Shown here: piece after piece, positions 1 to 9,329 of the stretch
How the letters are laid out: each line of letters opens with the position of its first letter
Numbering within the stretch: the stretch's first letter is position 1
NCBI GenBank assembly: GCA_963674865.2
Contig: CAXXYE010000010.1
Span: 70,732-134,731, forward strand
DNA length: 64,000 nt
Source of the DNA: Candidatus Hydrogenedentota bacterium
GTDB lineage: Bacteria; Hydrogenedentota; Hydrogenedentia; Hydrogenedentales; SLHB01
Direction of reading: 5' to 3'
Translations under genes and position numbers: made by a program
Notes under the pieces: model-generated
What the model was told of the DNA's origin: nothing
Database searches by the model: none
Seen by the model: only the letters and a program-made list of their open reading frames with translations

Positions 1-157
1 AAAAATTATACCCGCCATAATGAAGTCTTGTCAACTATTGCGCGACGATAATCGCTCTTTTCTCCTTTCCGCGTTCTCCTGGCTACACTCCATGCTCGCT
101 GCGGGGCTGTAGGTATCTGGGCGGCGTCGAACACTGCCGCTCTTCACGCCTTTTCTA

Positions 158-790
158 TTAGGAAAGCAGACACAGTCCAATGGCAGCGCCAACCACCCCC
201 GTGGACAAAATCCATGGCCAGAATCCTTCCGCCCAGGCGGCAAGACTGAGGAAGAGGAAGAAGAGCCCCGCGAGACATGCCAGTGCTGCCCAGCCATCGC
301 CCGGGGATGGAGGCGAAGGCGCGCCCGCACTCGCCTGAAACGGGGCAGGTTCGGCCTCTGGACTCAATGTCAGGGGCGTTTCGTTCTTACTTAGCGCGGG
401 CTCGGACGACCCTTCATCCGAAAGAGGCTCGAACGCGGCCTGGACATCGCGGAAGATGCCCACCAGCAAATTCTGACACGTGCGGCACCGGCTTAAGTGG
501 GCCTCGACTTCTTCGCGCTCTTTCTCGGACAGGCCTTTGTCCAGATAGAGTCCCAGGGTTTCAGCTGCCAGACAGGGCTCAACGGGATATTCTGCCTCGT
601 CGTCCAAGAGGCGCCGGAAGCGTTTCACCTCCTCGCGAACGCTCTCGATATGGGCGGCGCATTTTGCGCAGTGCTTCAGATGCCGTTCAAAGTGGTCGCC
701 GGTTTCGTCAGGTACTTGGCCCAGAACGTAGGCATCGAGGAGGTGATCCGGCAGGCAGTCCCCGGAACCCGATTTAATGTCCGGGTTCAT
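158..790 (-). CDS. Membrane-anchored zinc-finger anti-sigma factor with two tandem zf-HC2 (ZAS) motifs
   Basis: Two HxxxCxxC motifs (FERHLKHCAKC, VEAHLSRCRTC), a Pro/Ala linker and two C-terminal hydrophobic helices; GGGAG SD before ATG 790; overlaps the end of the ECF sigma gene. Confidence 0.8.
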   Translation of the reverse strand: MNPDIKSGSGDCLPDHLLDAYVLGQVPDETGDHFERHLKHCAKCAAHIESVREEVKRFRRLLDDEAEYPVEPCLAAETLGLYLDKGLSEKEREEVEAHLSRCRTCQNLLVGIFRDVQAAFEPLSDEGSSEPALSKNETPLTLSPEAEPAPFQASAGAPSPPSPGDGWAALACLAGLFFLFLSLAAWAEGFWPWILSTGVVGAAIGLCLLS

Positions 791-1366
791 CACGTCTCCC
801 TTCAAGAAGTCTGCGCAGCTTCGCTTTCGACCGGCGGAGACGCGCCGAGATCGTGTTGATATTCATACCCATAATCTCAGCGGTCTCAGCATACTTGAGC
901 CCTTGAACGAAGAACAACTCGAGCACGAGGCGGTCCTGAGGCGGGAGGTCTGACAGGCCTCCGTAGAGGGCGGGCGTCTTCGCGCTCTCGCGCGATTACC
1001 CTGTCCGCAGGAGAGGCGACATAGCCGTCGGATTCCCGATGGGCTGCTTCAACGATGCGGTTCCGCGTCGTCCATCGCCGTGCATAATCCACGGTGTAAT
1101 TGTGAGCAACGGTCATCAGGCAGGCATTTAGGGATTTGGCCTTTCTCACCCGGCCAAGTGCGCGGCATCCATCCGCAAGCAGGCGCTCGATGATCTCGTT
1201 GCGGATGTCCTGCACGGCCGACCACAAGGGGCATTCGCTGACATGCGCTGAAGTTTACTGGTTACGGCGCGCTGGATGAATTCGGCTAGAGGGCCACGAA
1301 ATGCGCCTTGGCCTCATCATCGCCCCGGACACATCGTGCGATCAGTTGTGTCGTATTTTCCGGCAT
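774..1366 (-). pseudogene. ECF (sigma-70 group 4) sigma factor interrupted by about three frameshifts (pseudogene or sequencing error)
   Basis: Joining frames gives MPENTTQLIARCVRGDDEAKAHFVAL / AEFIQRAVTSKLQRMSANA / LWSAVQDIRNEIIERL...VAHNYTVDYARR / LYGGLSDLPPQDRLVLELFFVQGLKYAETAEIMGMNINTISARLRRSKAKLRRLL (regions 2 and 4). Shifts lie near 1287, 1228 and 970. Confidence 0.8.
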
Positions 1367-1414
1367 CCTGGTCCGTCTTGATCGCTGTAAAGCCCCGACG
1401 TGGCGTTCGGCCAC

Positions 1415-2983
1415 TTAGTGCAACAGTGCAACCACCCTGTTGACCACCTGGACCTCCTCCGCGCCCAGTCCTGTCGTGAGCAACCCCAATTGCCACGGAT
1501 ACAGCGTCAGGAGAACACGATGGATCACCGCCCAGAACGACACAGCGGACAGGAAACCACCAAGAATCACACCATAGTAGCGACGCCTGAGCACGCCGGC
1601 GGCCTTACGCCGCTCTTTGCGTGCAAGCCGCAGTACATCGTCCATGCCATCGGACTTCGCCGCATTGCCCGCCGCCTCGGCGGGCCGTGTCAACGTTAAG
1701 AAAGGGTACAGCGCGCCAAAGATCAGGAGGCCGGCTACCGTGCCCCACCACAAGTAGAGCACGGTACGCATCCAACTATCCTGCGATGCCGAAACGCGCT
1801 GCAGCGCCATGGTCAGCAGGAGCAGGGCCAGAAATACGGCGCTCCCCCCAATCATCATCGCGCGCCCGGCCCCGGTGTGAGGCACGTTCCAGTGCCTGCG
1901 CTCGCCGCGAACGATTCTGCCCGCGGCGCAGCTCAAAATGTACACGGCAACTAGGGCCGCCAAGGTCCATCCGCAGAGGCCAAGAGGGAACTTGTACTTG
2001 AGGCGGTCGGCCTCGATCTTCACGTCCCTGGACTCGAGAAACCGGGAGAGCCACCCGTTGGCAGTTTGCAGCTTGATGCGGCGTTCGATGAGTTTCTCGC
2101 TTGGTTGTCCCTTCTCGAGTTCGTAGATGCGCTCACGCAATTGAAGCGCGGCCAGTTGGATGTGTACGCCCGCGGTGGCCTGGACCGTGCCGGGTTCCGC
2201 ACTCGTCACGAGGCGTTCTCCCATTGTTTGCAGAGTCTCGAGCCAAAGGTCCCAATACTGGACGCGGTTCTGGGCAATATCTCTCTCGGCAGCGGAGGTA
2301 ATCCAGCGTGTGTATTCGTAGAGAGGGGCGCAGCACTCGTCGATAGCCTGCCTGCGAAGCGCGGCATAGCACTCGCCTGCCTGCGGTAATCCCGAAAACC
2401 ACAACGGCGGCGGGAAGATGACCTTCAACGCGCTATTATTCGTCTTGGCCACCTGCGCGAGTGACCCGCTCAGGTTCAGGGCATCGCCCGGGCCGCGTAG
2501 CCGCGCGGCGGCTTCGAGGTACATAGGCAGGGCATTCCTCGGTGGGTGCGCGCTGGCCTCACTGAAAAGAGCGCCGGCGTCCTGCCAGCGGCCGGCCCCG
2601 AAGAGGCGGCAGCCATAGCGGATCGCGAGGAAGGAATTCGCCGGGGACACGGCGTATGCCTTCTCATAAGTGGGAAGGACCAGATCATCCTCTTCGCGTT
2701 CCGCCAAGGCCTCGAGATACTTGGGCGTTGGCGAGTCACCTCGCTTGGATTCGATCTTGACGGCCTGTCTGAGGAGGACCCGTGCCGATTCGGGCGCCAT
2801 CGTCAGCGAGCCCAGATACAATCGCTCGGTTTGCTCGTACCTGAGGAAGTTCTCTGAGAACCAAAGCATCCATGTGAAGGCAACGCACGAGAAGACGCAC
2901 AGGCGAAACGCTCGCCGTGTGCGCCGGGCGCCGGCCGAATCGCCGCCTACCCCGTATTCCGCAAAGCCGTTTGGTGCGCTCAA
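1415..2983 (-). CDS. Hypothetical membrane protein (N-terminal TM, helical/TPR-like soluble region, about four C-terminal TMs)
   Basis: 522-aa ORF overlapping the pgi stop by 4 nt; hydrophobic segment pattern. Confidence 0.65.
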   Translation of the reverse strand: MSAPNGFAEYGVGGDSAGARRTRRAFRLCVFSCVAFTWMLWFSENFLRYEQTERLYLGSLTMAPESARVLLRQAVKIESKRGDSPTPKYLEALAEREEDDLVLPTYEKAYAVSPANSFLAIRYGCRLFGAGRWQDAGALFSEASAHPPRNALPMYLEAAARLRGPGDALNLSGSLAQVAKTNNSALKVIFPPPLWFSGLPQAGECYAALRRQAIDECCAPLYEYTRWITSAAERDIAQNRVQYWDLWLETLQTMGERLVTSAEPGTVQATAGVHIQLAALQLRERIYELEKGQPSEKLIERRIKLQTANGWLSRFLESRDVKIEADRLKYKFPLGLCGWTLAALVAVYILSCAAGRIVRGERRHWNVPHTGAGRAMMIGGSAVFLALLLLTMALQRVSASQDSWMRTVLYLWWGTVAGLLIFGALYPFLTLTRPAEAAGNAAKSDGMDDVLRLARKERRKAAGVLRRRYYGVILGGFLSAVSFWAVIHRVLLTLYPWQLGLLTTGLGAEEVQVVNRVVALLH

Positions 2984-4347
2984 CCGGCGTCTCCCATCAA
3001 TCTGCGAGCAATCCGTTTGCCTTCTTCGACCCCAGGTTGGTCGAAGGTCTGAACGTGGTACAAGCGGCCGGCCATTGCCGTCTCGACTTCGAGCATGTAG
3101 AGCAATTGTCCGATGGTGTGCGCATTGACGCGTGGGAGAATGATCCGGGAAACGGGCCGTTGGCTCAGGCGTAAGGCGTCCATCGTTCCGCGGAGTTCCG
3201 CGGCCAAGAGGCGGTTCATCGTCTTTCCACGCAGATAGGCGAGTTCGGGAATGCTGTCAAGGGCGCCGGGAATGCGGAGTGTCTTGTCGAAGCGACGGAC
3301 CTCCAAGATGTTGATGAGCTTGTCGTTCGGCCCTTCGCGATAAAGCTGTATCTGGGAGTGTTGGTCGGTCGCTCCAAGGGCTTTCACAGGGGTCTGTCCA
3401 ACAAAGACCTCATCGCCATCCAGATTCAACTTCTTACCAAGGCTTTCGGCCCAGAGTTGGCGGTACCAATCCGCCACGTCCCGCAAGGCGTCCGAGTAAG
3501 GCATCATGACGGAAATGGTCTTCCCCTTGCGCGTGTCCGCGAGGTACTGGACGGCCGCGCGAAGATAGGCAGGATTATCGGCCGATTCCGGCGTGGCGCA
3601 ACGGGCATCCATCGCGGCGCAGCCGGCACAGAGTTCGTCGATGTCCATGCCGAGCATGGCGGCAGGGAACATGCCCACCGGCGAGAAGACAGAGAACCGC
3701 CCCCCAACGTTGAGCGGCACGGCAAACGACACCAGTCCGTAGGCATCCGCCACGGTGTGCAGAAGGCTCGGGGGAGCGCCCCCACCGCGCGGATTGCTCG
3801 TAACGACGACATGCTCTTTCATGGCGTCGGCGCCCAGCTTCTTCTCGATGGCGTCCACGATGATCATGAGCTGGGACATAGTCTCCGCCGTGCCGCCCGA
3901 CTTCGAGATCACGTTGTATACGGTCTCGCTGGGGCGGCACAGACGCATCATCTGTCGGAAAGAGACAGGGTCGATGTTGTCCATGACAAAGACCCTGGGA
4001 TAGCCACCCCGGCCGCGTGGCGTCAGGAGGTTGTAGTACGGGGATTTGAGGGCCGTAACCAGCGCCGTGGTTCCCAAGGCGGAGCCGCCGATTCCCAGGA
4101 TGACCAGGTTGCGGGGACGCTTGGCCTGGAACTCCGCCGCCTTCTCCTTGACGTCGCGAAGGGCCGATTCATCCTTGTAGAGATCGTAGAAGCCGTAGAC
4201 GCTGTCGCGCCGCTCCCGGAGCAGGATCTCGTGCGCATCGGCCACCCGGGCCTCGAGCTCCCGGAACTCCTTTGGTGTGAAGCCATTAGCGTCGCCGACG
4301 GCCGAAGCCTTTGCCCGCGATACATCAACGCGAATATCCAGGTTCAT
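2980..4347 (-). CDS. pgi: Glucose-6-phosphate isomerase
   Basis: Motifs LGIGGSALG, VISKSGGTAET, VGGRFSV, QLWAESLGK, DQHSQIQLY, FDQPGVEEGK. Confidence 0.95.
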   Translation of the reverse strand: MNLDIRVDVSRAKASAVGDANGFTPKEFRELEARVADAHEILLRERRDSVYGFYDLYKDESALRDVKEKAAEFQAKRPRNLVILGIGGSALGTTALVTALKSPYYNLLTPRGRGGYPRVFVMDNIDPVSFRQMMRLCRPSETVYNVISKSGGTAETMSQLMIIVDAIEKKLGADAMKEHVVVTSNPRGGGAPPSLLHTVADAYGLVSFAVPLNVGGRFSVFSPVGMFPAAMLGMDIDELCAGCAAMDARCATPESADNPAYLRAAVQYLADTRKGKTISVMMPYSDALRDVADWYRQLWAESLGKKLNLDGDEVFVGQTPVKALGATDQHSQIQLYREGPNDKLINILEVRRFDKTLRIPGALDSIPELAYLRGKTMNRLLAAELRGTMDALRLSQRPVSRIILPRVNAHTIGQLLYMLEVETAMAGRLYHVQTFDQPGVEEGKRIARRLMGDAG

Positions 4348-6914
4348 GGTCCTTTCCCCTCCCGCCGTTCAAAGAACTCCGCCAATGCCTGGTAGACGCC
4401 TTTCCTCGGCCCGTTCACGATGCGTAGGCCGGGCAGCGAATCAAGAAATAGCCGGCCGTAATGGCGTTTCACAACGCGCGAATCAAGCACGAGAATTGCC
4501 CCACGGTCGCTTCGATGCCGTATCAAACGGCCGAAGCCCTGCCGGAACTTGATGATTGCCTGGGGCACGGTATACGAAAGAAATGAGTTCCCTCCCGCCT
4601 CGTCAATGGCCTCGGCTCGGGCCTGAACCGTCGGCTCCGTGGGTACACGAAATGGGAGTTTCGGGAGTATAACACACTGCAGCGATTCGCCGACAACGTC
4701 AACGCCTTCCCAGAAGCTGTCCGTGGCGAAGAGGACCCCCGAGGGCGCAGCGCGGAATTCGTCCAGCATTCGGGAACGGGCGGCCGAACCTTGTTTCAGG
4801 GGCAGGATTCCGGCGTGGCGCAGCTCGGATTCGAGTCGGGTGTAGGTATAGTCGAGCGCATAGAATGACGTAAACAGCACGAAGGCGTGTCCCTTCGTTA
4901 TGCGGAGGGCATCACGGATGCAATCAACCGTCTGCTCGAGGAAGTCAGCGCTATCGGGTGGCTGAAGGTCTCGCGGGATACAGAGCACGGCCTGTCGAGT
5001 GAAGTCGAAAGGCGAATCGAGCACCGCTGTCTCGGGCTCACGGTCCTCAACGTAGTCCAGGCCGATCCTGGAGAACAGATAACCGAAACTCCGCTGAACG
5101 GCCAAGGTGGCCGAGGTCATGATCACGGTGCGCAGATTGGCATACACCCATTCCGCCAGGGGGCGGCCGACCTCCAGAGGACAACTCGCGAGCCGCACGA
5201 ACTTAGCGCGGTAGGCGTCGATCTCGATCCATCGCACCGTATTCGGCTGAAGCGTCTCGCTCGTTGTCTCGCCGAGAACGTTCGCTACGCGGCACAGCCG
5301 TTCGGCATATCCCCGCAATTGACTCACTTCGAGGAGAAACGGAGGCTCATCCGCCGCGCTCGCGGCAGTGATGTCCTTCAGGCTGCGCCAGAGTTCCGTG
5401 CAGTGCCTTGCGCACCGCAGCAACTCCTCGACAGCCGGGGCGACACAGCCCGCATGGACTTCTCTGAGCGCTTCGTCGCGAAGGGCCTCCTCGGTAAGCC
5501 GCCACTTGATGTCGCGCCCAAGCTGCCCGCACTTCTCGGAAGCGACGCCGCGCAAAGCATCGAATGCCGCAACCACAGTCTCGCGCGCGACGGCCAGCGA
5601 TGGCAAGAGCTCGTTATCGATTAGGTCCTGGATGCGGTCGATCGTCGCCATCGCGACGCTGCCGGCCGCCAAAACCAGCTTCCGCTTGATGTAAGGTATC
5701 AGCCCGCGCTCCCGGCCTCGTTCGGTTCTCACGAATCGCCCGAATAGGGCGAGGCTGCCGAGGCGCGTTATGGAGGCGCCGAAGTACTGCGTGGCCGCGT
5801 CTTCGATGTTGTGCGCTTCGTCGAAGATAACGCGCCGGTATGCAGGCAACACCGCGAGAGCACTGAAACTGCCGACCTCCTTCTTGATGGCCAGGTCGGA
5901 GAAGAGCATGTGATGATTGGCGATGATCAAGTCGGCCTTGGCGATATCGCGGCGCGCTTTCATCACGAAGCACGCCTTGGCAGAGGAGCACTGCGTGCCC
6001 GTGCAGGTGTCCGCTTCGGAACAGACTTCGCTCCAGACGCCTCGGGCCGGCACAAACGGCAGATCGGAAACACTTCCGTCGCTTGTCTTGCGGGACCACT
6101 CCTCCAGCGCCGTAAGCGTCTCGGCCGTTTCCTCGTCTTCGAATAAAGTGGCCTCGGATAGGGCGCGCGCAAGTCTCCTGCGGCAGAGGTAGTTGCCACG
6201 GCCCTTCACAAGGACGGCATTGAACGATTCGTCAAGGCACTTGGTGAGGGCGGGAATATCCTTGTGGATAATCTGCTCTTGTAGGTTGATTGTCTTCGTC
6301 GATACGACCACGCGCTCACGGTTACGCACGGCCCAAAGCACGGCCGGCAACAGGTAGGCGAGTGTCTTGCCGACGCCGGTGGGCGCCTCGACTACGGCAA
6401 TGCCGTCGCCGTTGAAGGCGCGTGCTACGGCATCCATCATCTCGGTTTGCTGTGGACGGACCTCGAAGCCGGGCAAGACGCGCGCCAGCCGCCCGTTGGG
6501 GCGGAAGGCGCGCTCCAGTTCATTCGGGCTGAGTCTGTGTATTTCTTCCGGAAGGAAAGGCTCGACGATGACGTAGACGCGGCTTAGGCCGTTGTCGACG
6601 ATGTAGACGCCGTGCCCTTCGTGGCCGAACAGCGCCGAGAGGTCAAGGTCGGCATCCGAGGGATTGAGGTCGCCGGAGGGATGGTTGTGGAGGACGACTT
6701 CTCGCGGTTTGAGTGACTCGCAGAAAGCGGGAACGGCCTCGGCGTTTCCGCGCGCGCAGACGCGCACGTCGCATATCAGGCCGTCGCCGTCCAACGCGCC
6801 GGCGAAGAATACCTCGTTGCCTCCGGCCTCGCCGATGGCGCGTCCCATCTTCTCACGGGCATGCGCACGAATTCGGACGGCCGCGTCTTCGCCGATCTCA
6901 GGAGACGCACTCAA
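4344..6914 (-). CDS. dinG: DinG/YoaA-family SF2 helicase with an N-terminal JAB/MPN (RadC-like) domain
   Basis: N-terminal NEVFF...HNHPSGDLNPSDAD; Walker A EAPTGVGKT; Fe-S cysteines (NYLC...C...C...C); DEAH; TSATL; QGFGRLIR. Confidence 0.9.
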   Translation of the reverse strand: MSASPEIGEDAAVRIRAHAREKMGRAIGEAGGNEVFFAGALDGDGLICDVRVCARGNAEAVPAFCESLKPREVVLHNHPSGDLNPSDADLDLSALFGHEGHGVYIVDNGLSRVYVIVEPFLPEEIHRLSPNELERAFRPNGRLARVLPGFEVRPQQTEMMDAVARAFNGDGIAVVEAPTGVGKTLAYLLPAVLWAVRNRERVVVSTKTINLQEQIIHKDIPALTKCLDESFNAVLVKGRGNYLCRRRLARALSEATLFEDEETAETLTALEEWSRKTSDGSVSDLPFVPARGVWSEVCSEADTCTGTQCSSAKACFVMKARRDIAKADLIIANHHMLFSDLAIKKEVGSFSALAVLPAYRRVIFDEAHNIEDAATQYFGASITRLGSLALFGRFVRTERGRERGLIPYIKRKLVLAAGSVAMATIDRIQDLIDNELLPSLAVARETVVAAFDALRGVASEKCGQLGRDIKWRLTEEALRDEALREVHAGCVAPAVEELLRCARHCTELWRSLKDITAASAADEPPFLLEVSQLRGYAERLCRVANVLGETTSETLQPNTVRWIEIDAYRAKFVRLASCPLEVGRPLAEWVYANLRTVIMTSATLAVQRSFGYLFSRIGLDYVEDREPETAVLDSPFDFTRQAVLCIPRDLQPPDSADFLEQTVDCIRDALRITKGHAFVLFTSFYALDYTYTRLESELRHAGILPLKQGSAARSRMLDEFRAAPSGVLFATDSFWEGVDVVGESLQCVILPKLPFRVPTEPTVQARAEAIDEAGGNSFLSYTVPQAIIKFRQGFGRLIRHRSDRGAILVLDSRVVKRHYGRLFLDSLPGLRIVNGPRKGVYQALAEFFERREGKGP

Positions 6915-7060
6915 CTTCAGCCTCTCCCAAGTTCACGCAAGCATCGCGTTTTGGTTGGCGAGCCACTCGCCGGATAGCGCCCTTACGGGCCGCTCCGCTA
7001 AAGCCGTATGGACGGCGTTCGAGGAAGTCAACCAAGCGTGGGTGAAGTGCCCAGCCGCTC

Positions 7061-7627
7061 TCACTGCAAGGGCCTGGCGATGAGGTTCATGAATTCTGTT
7101 CGAGTGGCCATGCTGTTGTGGAAACTTCCGAGCACGGAGGAAGTCGTCATGACGGAGTTCTGCTTCTCAACGCCCCGCATCATCGTGCAGAGGTGTCGGC
7201 ACTCGATGACGACCCCCACGCCCTCGGCCTGGGTCGCAGCCATCACTTCGTGCGCGATCTGGGCGGTCAGGCGCTCCTGGATCTGCAAACGGCGGGCGTA
7301 GTTGTCAACGATCCTCGACAGCTTGCTCAGTCCGATCACCCTGTTCTCGGCGATGTAGCCGATGTGACACCGGCCGAAGAACGGCAGCATGTGATGCTCG
7401 CATAGACTGTAGACTTCGATGTCTCGCGAGATAATCATATTGTTCGACTCCGCCTGAAACACGGCGTCGTTGATAAGCGCGCTTGTATTGGTTCGGTAGC
7501 CCGACGTGAGGTACTCGTAAGCGCGAGCCACGCGCTCGGGGGTCTTCAACAGCCCTTCCCGCTCGGGATCTTCGCCAATCTCGATCAATAACTCGCGAAT
7601 GAGTTTCTGTACGCGTTCAAGGTTCAT
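7061..7627 (-). CDS. folE: GTP cyclohydrolase I
   Basis: Motifs [48 protein letters not shown]. Confidence 0.95.
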   Translation of the reverse strand: MNLERVQKLIRELLIEIGEDPEREGLLKTPERVARAYEYLTSGYRTNTSALINDAVFQAESNNMIISRDIEVYSLCEHHMLPFFGRCHIGYIAENRVIGLSKLSRIVDNYARRLQIQERLTAQIAHEVMAATQAEGVGVVIECRHLCTMMRGVEKQNSVMTTSSVLGSFHNSMATRTEFMNLIARPLQ

Positions 7628-8160
7628 CCCATTACCCTCGCTCTCAACCATTGCGTGTAATCATACATGGGAATCATCCTGGTTTCATCCGGCATGCCGT
7701 CCACAACGGCGGATATGGCCTCCTCGGTGTCCGGCAGGATCAAATCGGGCGCCAGTTCGAGCAGAGGCACGGCTAGGAATCGCCGTGTCCGGACATCCGG
7801 ATCCGGTATCTGGAGTCCCGGCTCTCTCACGACAATGTCCCCGAGAAGGAGGATGTCCAGGTCGATGGCGCGGGGCGCGTACCTGTCCGCAGAGCGTGCG
7901 CGCCCCAAGGCGGCTTCGATAGGCCTCAAGACGTCGAGTTTCAGAGCAGCCGCCGAAAGCCCTGTCATGGCCAGGCAGACGCCGTTGATGAAGTCGGGCT
8001 GTTCAGGCCGGCCCAGGGCGGGCGTGCTATAGAAAGTGGAAAGCGCAGTCACATGGACGTGTTCGGCGAGTAGCGTCAGGGCTTTGAGAATGTTCGGCTC
8101 GGGATCAATATTTGAGCCAACGGCAATGAAGGAAGCTCGCAGTTCATCCGCCACGGGCAT
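7624..8160 (-). CDS. folK: 6-hydroxymethyl-7,8-dihydropterin pyrophosphokinase (HPPK)
   Basis: Motifs [40 protein letters not shown]; start set at ATG 8160. Confidence 0.92.
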   Translation of the reverse strand: MPVADELRASFIAVGSNIDPEPNILKALTLLAEHVHVTALSTFYSTPALGRPEQPDFINGVCLAMTGLSAAALKLDVLRPIEAALGRARSADRYAPRAIDLDILLLGDIVVREPGLQIPDPDVRTRRFLAVPLLELAPDLILPDTEEAISAVVDGMPDETRMIPMYDYTQWLRARVMG

Positions 8161-8176
8161 CTCTCCGGACAACCGC

Positions 8177-8554
8177 TCAGGCATTGTCCGCGCGTTCGCG
8201 CGTGATCGCCACGGCGACGCTTCTAGCGAAGCGCAAGGCGCCGGGCTTGTCGATGACGACCTCGACACGCTCGACCTTTGGATCTTCGAGGGCAATCTCC
8301 GCGGCGCGCTCCGCGAGACGCTCGACGAGGTAGAAGGATGAAGACTCGGCCATCGCAAGGATCGCCTGCTTAACGCGCTTGTAGTCCACGGTGTCTTCGA
8401 TCTGATCGCTTTGCCCGGCCGGCCGCAGGTCCGCATACAAGGTTATGTTGACGAGGATCTCCTGGCGTTTCTCCCGCTCCTCCGGATAGATGCCGATGAT
8501 GCAGCGAACGAGCAGATCCCGGATGAGAATTCTATCCAATCGCCGTTCAGCCAT
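8177..8554 (-). CDS. folB: Dihydroneopterin aldolase (FolB/FolX family)
   Basis: Motifs IRDLLVRCIIGIYPEER, DTVDY, LVERLAE, KPGA; located in the folate cluster. Confidence 0.88.
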   Translation of the reverse strand: MAERRLDRILIRDLLVRCIIGIYPEEREKRQEILVNITLYADLRPAGQSDQIEDTVDYKRVKQAILAMAESSSFYLVERLAERAAEIALEDPKVERVEVVIDKPGALRFARSVAVAITRERADNA

Positions 8555-9296
8555 ACACCGCTCCCCGCAGGCTGCGCCCGCCATCCACGTAGATGATCTG
8601 CCCGGTGACAAAATTACTGCGGAGCAGGAACAGCGCCGCCTCAACCACATCGTCCGTGTTGCCGTACGTGTTCAGCGGATTCGTCGGGGCCAGTTGTTTG
8701 AGGTAGTCCTCATCCTTGCCCTCGGGCGGTAAGATCAGTCCCGGCGCAATACCATTGACGCGAATCCTCGGGGCGAACTCGATCGCCATCATACGCGTCA
8801 AAGAGAGAAGCATCCGCTTGCTCAGGTGGTACGCCACGTGGTCCTTGTCGTAGTCGGCGACGCGCGTGTCGAGCATATTGATGATCGCGCCGGGCCGGTT
8901 CTGGGCGGCAAGACGGCGGGAAAGGAGAAGAGGCGCCGCGGCGTGGACGCTCACGTTGTTGAGAATCTGCTCGGGAGCGACGGACGCCAGCCGACTTTCT
9001 TGGAAGAACGATGCGTTGTTGATGAGAAAATCGATGGGCCCGGCCAAGTCCGTCGCACGCGGAAGCAAAGCATCCGCCTTCTCCGAGACGGCCAAGTCTG
9101 CCGGGAGGGCATATCCCTTTGGGCCGAGGGCGTTGATCTCGGCTACGAGGTCGGCCGCCTCGTCGGCCGAAGAGCGGTAATGCACGATCACGTTGACGCC
9201 CGCACGTGCCAGCCCAAGCGCGATCGCCCGTCCGAGGCGGCGCGCCGCCCCCGTGACAAGAGCATTGTGTCCACTGAGTTCGCTCATCGCTTGCAT
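8547..9296 (-). CDS. Pteridine reductase-like SDR (FolM/PTR1 family)
   Basis: TGAARRLG (pteridine-reductase type), NNAS, YHLSK, VNGIAPG; adjacent to folB/K/E. Confidence 0.8.
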   Translation of the reverse strand: MQAMSELSGHNALVTGAARRLGRAIALGLARAGVNVIVHYRSSADEAADLVAEINALGPKGYALPADLAVSEKADALLPRATDLAGPIDFLINNASFFQESRLASVAPEQILNNVSVHAAAPLLLSRRLAAQNRPGAIINMLDTRVADYDKDHVAYHLSKRMLLSLTRMMAIEFAPRIRVNGIAPGLILPPEGKDEDYLKQLAPTNPLNTYGNTDDVVEAALFLLRSNFVTGQIIYVDGGRSLRGAVYG

Positions 9297-9329
9297 ACAG
9301 GCACTCCAGCGGCGAAAAAGTCGTTCATG

